A DNA stretch of 64,000 nucleotides from Octopus vulgaris (lineage: Eukaryota). The translations under genes were made by a program, and so were the position numbers. The notes under the pieces are model-generated. The model saw only the letters and a list, made by a program, of their open reading frames with translations, made no database searches and was not told where the DNA came from. The stretch spans positions 110,918,001 through 110,982,000 of the forward strand of contig OX597818.1 in assembly GCA_951406725.2 (NCBI GenBank), written 5' to 3'. Positions 1-64,000 of the stretch are shown piece after piece; the stretch's first letter is position 1, and each line of letters opens with the position of its first letter.

Positions 1-600
1 ATGTCCGCTTTCCATGCTAGCATGGGTTGGACGATTTTGACTAAGGGCTGGCAAACCAGATGGTTGCACCAGGCTCCAGTCTTCATTTGGCAGAGTTTCT
101 ACGGCTGGATGCCCTTCCTAACGCCAACCACTCCGAGAGTGTAGTGGGTGCTTTTTACGTGCCACCGGCATGGAGGCCAGTCAGGTGGTACTGGCAATGA
201 CCTTGCTCAAATCCTTTTACACATGCCACCAGCACAGGTGCCAGTAAGGTGACTTTGGTAACGATTACGCTCAAATGGTGCCCAGTGACTTTGGTAATGT
301 TCACACTCGAATGGTGCCCATTTACGTGCCACTGGTACGGAAACTAGTTGGCTGCTCTGGCAATGATTACACTCGGATGATGCTCTTGGCACCCTACTAG
401 CACAGGCACAAGTGCCAGTAAGGCGATGCTGGTAATGATCACGCTCGAATGGTGCCCTTTACGTGCCACTGGCACGGAAGCCGGTTAGCTGCTCTGTCAA
501 TGATCACGCTCGTATTTGTGCTCATTGCACTCTGCCAGCACAGACGCCAGTTATCGAATTTCATTTTGATTTTGCTTTTGATTGATTTGATTTGATATAT
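1..600 (-). mobile_element. 3' end (UTR) of an RTE-family LINE or RTE-derived SINE
   Basis: Begins tccgctttccatgctagcatgggttggacg and contains ggatgcccttcctaacgccaaccac, the reverse complement of the 3' end of the RTE at 60681-63280. Confidence 0.75.
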
Positions 601-699
601 ATATATATGATTATATTGTGGTCACATTTATATAACACAATCTCCTCATTTCAATAAAGTAAAAACCCAATTTAAACAAAATGTAATAAAAATATTTAC

Positions 700-56557
<55,858 letters not shown>

Positions 56558-59500
56558 CTGCAAAAGAAAGAAAGGAACACACATAATGACTATCATCATC
56601 AACATCATGATCATCATCATTTTTATGTCTCTAGACAAAGAAAAACATCATAAGATTATAATATTTTGTACAACTTCATCTTGAGACATGAATTCTCTCT
56701 TAATATTGGAACCTACATTTCGACTTCATTTCAATTATTTTCATTTTTGAACCCCATTACAAGTTTAATACTTGGCTTAATGCATGGAACCAGATCATTA
56801 ATATTTTAGCAAATATTTACAAATATTGGTTTCAAATTTTGGCACAAGGCCTGCAATGTCAACTGGTACTTATTTTATCGACCCTGAAAACATGAAGGCC
56901 AAAGGTGACCTTGGTGAGATAAAAACTCAGAATGTGAAGATGGACAAAATGCCGCTAAGCACTTTGCCTGGCATAGTAACGATTCTACCAGCTCATCACC
57001 ATAGCAAACACAGAAATATTGAACTGATGTCACTACTTGCCTTACTAATTGCATTATTGGTAAGATGTATATGTCCTGATTCTTTGATTTTCATGAGTTT
57101 CCCACTTTGGAATTACAAAATCTTCATTCTATAGCATTATATTAATTCATTTCTCACTCCATATGTATTAAAATGTTTATTCTGTCATTAAGGCTTTCCA
57201 ATATTCTTCCATCCCAACCTTTAGAACCTCGCAGTGTTTCATGTACAAGGCCCTCCATAAATACATGGCATGTTATAAATGCAGTTTTAATGTTCCAAAT
57301 GAAAAAATGCAGAGGGAGAACCATAAAAAACATTTTCATCTCAAAAGATGAAGTTCCTAATCTGAAAAACTTATAATCACATCTGCAATAACTCATCTCA
57401 AACATTTACATATTTAAGAAACATTTTTCTCAAATTAAAAATACAGCCTTCCTCATTTACAAAACAAACAGCCAAAGAAACAAAGAAATATAGAAAACAT
57501 GTTACTGTGGACCTGTTGAGTTCTGTAGAGTGTTAGAGTAATGAAGAATGAGGCCAGACTGGAGTTTATATTCTAGTGGTCCTTGTGGTGTAAATGGACA
57601 CCATACAGATTAATGAACCAAAGCTACATAGAATTCATAAAAGAGGATCACACCCTCAACAGGTCTGAGGTGTTGAATAACACTTGGGGCATTTGCTTGC
57701 TCATTTTCATATGCATAACAATTTGTCTCCTCATAAAATATTATCAATTAAGCACCAAAGATAACCTTTGCAGCATGTAGAGTCTATTGACTTTGGCTGT
57801 TGTTGTACATCATAACAACGTATTCCTAAAGATGATCATGTCTCTGAAGACTAGTCCTTAAGGATTCACTTGAGCCATAATCCTGACAATAGCATCTGGC
57901 TACATCATCAATGAGTTTTGGATCGGCAAAGAAAAAAGAGATTAAATTTTTTTTTTTTTTGTCAGAACATAAAGTATAGCAATTGAGAGGTGAAAACCAT
58001 TTCCACAGACCAAATGTGGATATGTAACTGTTTAGCATTTAAAGCAATGATATCCAGTCCAAATGTTAAACCTGCTTTACGTTCAAAACAGCCAGATCTG
58101 GCTTCTCACACCTACCCTACAATCTCATTCTACAAATAAACAATCATCTCACAAAATTCTCAAAGCTACAAGATAAACCATAATCAATTCAAAATGATGT
58201 GAATAAAGAAGCTTTACATTTCCCGATGCATATTTTTATGTCCTTGTAGAGTGTATTATTTTCAAAATACAACTCATAAGAATTGAAAGATAATGATCAG
58301 TCCTCAGTCCCTTCTTGTTCAACATAGTTCTCCATGCAGTAAAAGAGGATATAATTTATATCTTTTTTATATTTGTTCGGTTATTAGACTGCAACCATGT
58401 TAGGGCACTGCCTTCAAGAATTTTAGTTACAGGAATCAACCACTTCACATATTATTTAAACCTGGTATTTGTTCTGTTGGTCCCTTTTGCAGAACCTCTG
58501 AGTCATGGTGATGCAAGCACAACACTGGTTGTCAAGTGGTGGTGTGGGAGAAACACAAAGACACACATGCCCATAGACACACACAACAGGCTTCTTTCAG
58601 TTATGTCAACTAAATCCACTCACAAGACTTCAGTAGCCTTGAGGCTATAGCAGAAGACATTTGCCTAAGGTGCCATGCAGTATGACTGAACCTAGAACCA
58701 TGTAGTTGGGAAAGACGAGTGATTTCAATGGAGATGTGCAGCATCTGTGTGGCTTCCATGTGGTACATAGAAGCAATTGAATGGATTTTTCAATGAGGAT
58801 GGAACTAGACTGTGGTGTTACGCAATGCAAATGATCGTATGATCTGCAATATTAACTTCAGCAAACCAGCTAGTCACCTGTTCACTTACAAATCTTGTAG
58901 TGTCATAAATCAGATTGACTACATTCTCACCAGAAAATGGGAAAGATGGCTCAACATAGGGTTGAGGGATAACAGGGAAACCACAAATCCCTTTAAGGAG
59001 ATGGCCCTATAGGTTTCGAAGAGGTACAGTAGTAGTATGGGAAGGTTAACAGAGATATTAGTCTTTGCATGTGTCAGATGTGCAGGAACAATAAACATTG
59101 AGAATATACAAGGAATAGACTTCTTCAAATGCTTGGTGGGAATCCTTAGAACTAGTAAACAGTTTCTGTTACCAAGGTGACCATGTTAGCAGTGGAGGAA
59201 TAAGTTCTGAAAGTGTAGCTGCAAGAATTAGAATAGGCTAGATAAAGTTCAGAGTGCTAGTTGTAGCTCTCTGTTGGAAACAAAGGCCTCCCCATCACTG
59301 TGAATGGCAGATTGTATGATAACTATGGAAGTACAGCTATGCTACATGGCAGTGGGACAGAGGTTATGAATATAGAAGACCTGAGAAAGCTTGAAAGAAA
59401 TGCAGCCAGCATGTTCTGCAGGGTGGGTAATATTACTGTGCATGTAAGACAGAGACTAAATGCTTTAAGACAAAAATTAGGACAAAATAAGAGACCCTTT

Positions 59501-60589
59501 CATACACTGGCATGAAAAGTGCAGCAGAGACATTAAAAACCCCAAAGGCTAAGTCATAGGAGGACTCTGGGATTAACCTGAACTCTGATTTTAGATTGAC
59601 GAATAAAATATTGTGGCAGAATATCTTCTCTCTTTGTAACAAGAAGCCCACTTCCACCGCTGCCATTAAGAACTCACCTGGAATTCTTCTCACTAAAAAG
59701 AAGAGCATTCTTTGGGTTGGAAGAGAATACATTAAGGATCTTCTCAATCTGACAAGATAAGATCTTCTGGTTGACATGAGGTGCATCTAGGGCCAAAGAC
59801 TAACCTCAGAGAGGTTGAAGTCATAGAGGTGATTAAAGCACTCAAACGTCACAAGATAGATAAAGTATAGCAGGTGGCTATACATCAACAACCTACCTTT
59901 CACTCTGAGAATGAGTACTTTTATTGTGAATAGTGGTAAAAGCTCTCTGAACTTCATCTGTCCTATTCTTATTTTTAGAAAAGATTCAAATTTTGGCACA
60001 AGACCAACAACTTCAGTGCCATACCCACCATATATGTCAGACATCTGATTATCATTTATTCTGCAGTCTTCGAAATCATTTAGATAATGAAAATATGAAT
60101 TCTGTAAATGAGGTCAGGACAGTAATGGAGGATTAGTCTTCATCACGGACAAGTCACTTTTGAAAGAGGACAAAAGTGTGAGAACTACACAAACAATTTC
60201 ATTCAAATTTTACACATGTCTTATTTAGGGTCCATGTAGTGTCACAGGCCAAAAAAAGTTTTAACTTTTTGCCTAGTGCGAGCCCACAGCAATATCATAT
60301 CTTCTCCACTATTTCAGTATTATGTGTCAAAAGTGAAACAATAACATCTCTCTATTGTAATGTCAGATGCTTTCACTTTAATACTGAAACTATAAGTGAG
60401 ATGACCAGTAAGTGGTCATCCATTATGCTAGAAGATCTGCTATGGTCTTACCACTAACAAAGAATGGTAAGACCATAGCAAATCTTCTCCTAGCATAATG
60501 GATGTCCACTTACAGGTCATCCCTCTTATATGTATGTAATATAATTTTTTCGAATATGCTACACTACTGGTTTTAAATTGATATTAAAT

Positions 60590-60621
60590 TGTATATATAT
60601 ATATACATGTATATATATACA

Positions 60622-60680
<59 letters not shown>
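60590..60680. repeat. (TA)n microsatellite
   Basis: Directly visible. Confidence 0.97.
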
Positions 60681-60682
<2 letters not shown>

Positions 60683-63280
60683 CTGAGCCGTGAGGATGAA
60701 AGACTTGAGGTATTTCGTGTTGCAAGACAGTGTGTGAGAGAGAATCGTGATGTGGTAGGAGAGAAGTGTGTTCGCATGGATGATGGTTCACTTGCGCTAA
60801 ATGAGGATGTAAAGAGAGAGGTTTGGAGATGCCACTATGAAAGGTTGCTGAATAAAGAAAATGAATGGGATAAGGAGAGTCCGCCGAATGTCAACCCAAC
60901 AGAGGGACCAGACATCCGAGTTGAAAACTCTTTGGTAGTTAAAGCAATTAGAAGCATGAAGACAGGGAAAGCCCCAGGCCCATCAGGAATTACTGCAGAG
61001 ATGCTCAAAATATCTGGCAGTGTCGGCTATAACCTAGTCACCCGTATAGTCAACCAGGTGATACACGAAGGAGTCATACCCAATGACTGGTGTAGCAGCA
61101 TTCTAGTCAACTGCTACAAAGGTAAAGGTGATGCCCTAGATACAAATAATTACAGAGGTATCAAGCTGTTGGATCAGGTAATGAAGGTTACGGAGAGGGT
61201 CATCGCCCAACTAATTAGAGAGAGAGTTAGTTTAGATGAGATGCAGTTTGGGTTCGTGCCAGGGAAAAGTACCACTGATGCTATATTCCTGGTAAGGCAG
61301 CTGCAGGAGAAATACCTAGCCAAAGATAAGCCCCTGTACCTGGCTTTCGTTGACATGGAGAAAGCTTTTGATAGGGTCCCCCGATCCCTTATCTGGTGGT
61401 CAATGAGGAAACTAGGGATAGATGAATGGCTGGTGAGGGCTGTGCAAGCCATGTACAGAGATGCCGTAAGTAAGGTTAGGGTTGGCAACATGTACACAGA
61501 ATAATTCAAAGTAGAGGTTGGGGTCCACCAGGGTTCAGTACTCAGCCCCCTCCTATTTATCATAGTCCTCCAGGCAATTACGGAGGAATTCAAGACAGGT
61601 TGCCCCTGGGAGCTCCTCTACGCTGACGACCTTGCTCTAATTGCTGAGTCACTATCAGAACTGGAGGAGAAGTTCCAGGTGTGGAAGGAGGGTTTAGAAT
61701 CGAGGGGCCTTAGAGTCAACCTAGCTAAAACCAAAGTACTAATAAGTAGGAAGGTAGACAATCCACAAATGTCTTCAGGAAGATGGCCCTGCTCGATCTG
61801 TAGAAAAGGTGTAGGTAGAAACTCTATAAGATGTACCCAGTGTAAGCTATGGACACATAAGAGGTGCAGCAATGTCAAAGGTAGGCTAACTGGGAAGATA
61901 GTTTTTGTATGTGGCAGATGCTCGGGAGCATTAACCTCCGAAAATCTGCAGAAAACAATTTCCGTCACTTTCCAGGGGGAAAAACTAGAAGTAGTTGATA
62001 GCTTCCGTTATCTAGGTGACCAAGTCAGTAGTGGGGGTGGGTGCGCTGAAAGTGTAACTGCTAGAATAAGAATAGCCTGGGCAAAGTTTAGGGAGCTCTT
62101 ACCTCTGCTGGTGACTAAAGGCCTCTCGCTCAGAATAAAAGGCAGACTGTATGATGCATGTGTACGAACAGCCATGCTACATGGCAGTGAAACATGGGCC
62201 GTGACTGCTGAGGACATGCGTAAGCTCGTGAGGAATGAAGCCAGTATGCTCCGATGGATGTGTAATGTCAGTGTACATACTCGACAGAGCGTTAGTACCT
62301 TGAGAGAAATGTTGTACCTAAGAAGCATCAGTTGTGGTGTGCAAGAGAGACGATTGCGCTGGTATGGTCATGTGGCGAGAATGGATGAAGATAGGTGTGT
62401 GAGAAAGTGCCAATCCCTAGCAGTTGAGGGAACCCGTGGAAGAGGTAGACCCAGGAAAACCTGGGACGAGGTGGTGAAGCACAACCTTCGAACTTTAGGC
62501 CTCACTGAGGAAATGACCAGTGACCAAGACCTTTGGAAATATGCTGTACGTGAGAAGACCAAGCAGGACAAGTGAGCCCAGCCCACTTATGAATGCCTTT
62601 CCTCCCTTGGACACAAAGACCTGTTGAGGCAAGCGAAGTCGATATAGAACCTCATCCGACGACAGGCACCCATGCCAACCCCCTTTGCTTGCGAAGACAT
62701 GTTGGGGCAAGCGAAAGCGAAATCGAAATCGAATTGAACCAGCCAGGATCCCTGGTCTGGTGGTACGTAAAAAGCACTATCCGACTCGTGGCTGATGCCA
62801 GCGCTGCTGCCTCCACTGGCTTCCGTGCCGGTGACACGTAAAATACACCAATCCGACCGTACGACAGGCACCCATGCCAACCCCCTTTGCTTGCGAATAC
62901 ATGTTGGGGCAAGCGAAATCGAAATCGAATTGAACCAGCCAGGATCCCTGGTCTGGTGGTACGTAAAAGCACTATCCAACTCGTGGTCGATGCCAGCACC
63001 GCCTTGACTGGCTTCCGTGCCGGTGGCACATAAAATACACCAATCCGACCGTGGCCGTTGCCAGCCTCGCCTGGCACCTGTGCAGGTGGCACGTAAAAAG
63101 CACCCACTACACTCACGGAGTGGTTGGCGTTAGGAAGGGCATCCAGCTGTAGAAACATTGCCAGATAAGACTGGAGCCTGGTGCAGCCTTCTGGCTTCCC
63201 AGATCCCCGGTCGAACCGTCCAACCCATGCTAGCATGGAGAACGGACGTTAAACGATGATGATGATGATGATGATGATGA
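60681..63280 (+). mobile_element. RTE-clade LINE, 5'-truncated; RT with a single premature stop
   Basis: ORFs 60578..61504 and 61679..62575 are in the same frame, split by TAA at 61502-4. Motifs NYRGIKLL, QFGFVPG, FVDMEKAFDRV, GVHQGSVLSPLLF, LLYADDL and GRGRPRKTW are present, with a (GAT)n tail. Confidence 0.95.
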
Positions 63281-63389
63281 TATATATACATGTATATATA
63301 TGGATGTATATATATATACTTGTATATATATATATAGATGTATATGTATACATGTATGTGTATAGCTGTATATGTATACATGTATCCTC

Positions 63390-64000
63390 CTCATCATCAT
63401 TGTTTAACGTCCGCTTTCCATGCTAGCATGGGTAGGATGATTCGACTGAGGTCTGGTGAACCAGATGGCTGCACCAGACTCCAATCTGATCTGGCAGAGT
63501 TTCTACAGATGGATGCCCTTCCTGATGCCAACCACTCCGAGAGAGTAGGGGGTGCTTTTAGGTGCCACCAGCATGAGGGCCAGTCAGGTGGTACTGGCAA
63601 TGGCCATGCTCAAATGGTGCTTTTTATGTGCCACCTGCACAGGTGCCAGTCAAGCGGCACTGGCAATGACCTCACTAGAATGTTTTTCCACAGGCCACCA
63701 GCACAAGTGCCAGTAAGGCGATGCAGGTAACAATCACGCTCGAATGGTGCTTTTTATGTGTCATCAGCACAGAGGCCAGCTTGTTGCTCTGGCAACGATC
63801 ATGCTCGTATGGTACTCTTGGTGCTCCACTAGCACAGATGCTAGTCATCGAATTTGATTTCGATTTCACTTGCCTCAACAGGTCTTCACAAGCAGAGTCT
63901 AGTGTCCAATGAAGGAAAGGTATGCATAAGTGGGCTGGTTACACCCCTGGCATAGGCCACAAGGTTATGGTCTCACTTGAGCTTGCTGAGTCTTCTCAAG
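63390..64000 (-). mobile_element. RTE 3'-end fragment (runs off the window)
   Basis: Starts catcatcattgtttaacgtccgctttccatgctagcatggg, with the same subrepeats as 1-600. Confidence 0.8.

Noticed and set aside
56558-64000. A further A exon upstream of B10
   Set aside because: I found no A-like exon or its diagnostic flanks; the next one probably lies beyond the window.

Overview
This is an AT-rich, repeat-dense eukaryotic window. Its SINE, RTE and Penelope repertoire and (TA)n/(CAT)n tracts resemble coleoid cephalopod (octopus) DNA, though that is an inference. The supplied ORF track is mostly transposon debris and microsatellite noise. The main feature is almost invisible in it: a minus-strand gene made of 20 micro-exons (700-56557) that strictly alternate between a 34-nt 'B' exon (phase 2->0) and a 59/62/65-nt 'A' exon (phase 0->2). 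All have canonical AG/GT ends, and in genomic order they splice into one 969-nt frame with no stop (322 complete codons). The product is ten 31-33 aa, probably helical repeats (consensus roughly xYxxFxxE.xxxPxx(x)IxxxxAxxLxxxHFxxxx). The array arose by about five tandem duplications of a four-exon unit. Paralogous intron blocks are about 95% identical by hand alignment, while paralogous exons differ at about 30-37% of bases, almost all non-synonymously, which points to diversifying selection. The gene has no start or stop inside the window. Its introns hold RTE and CR1/L2-like LINEs (two inverted pairs), mariner relics, Penelope-like fragments (one with a candidate hammerhead ribozyme), a Gypsy integrase relic, tRNA-derived SINEs, foldback elements and microsatellites.
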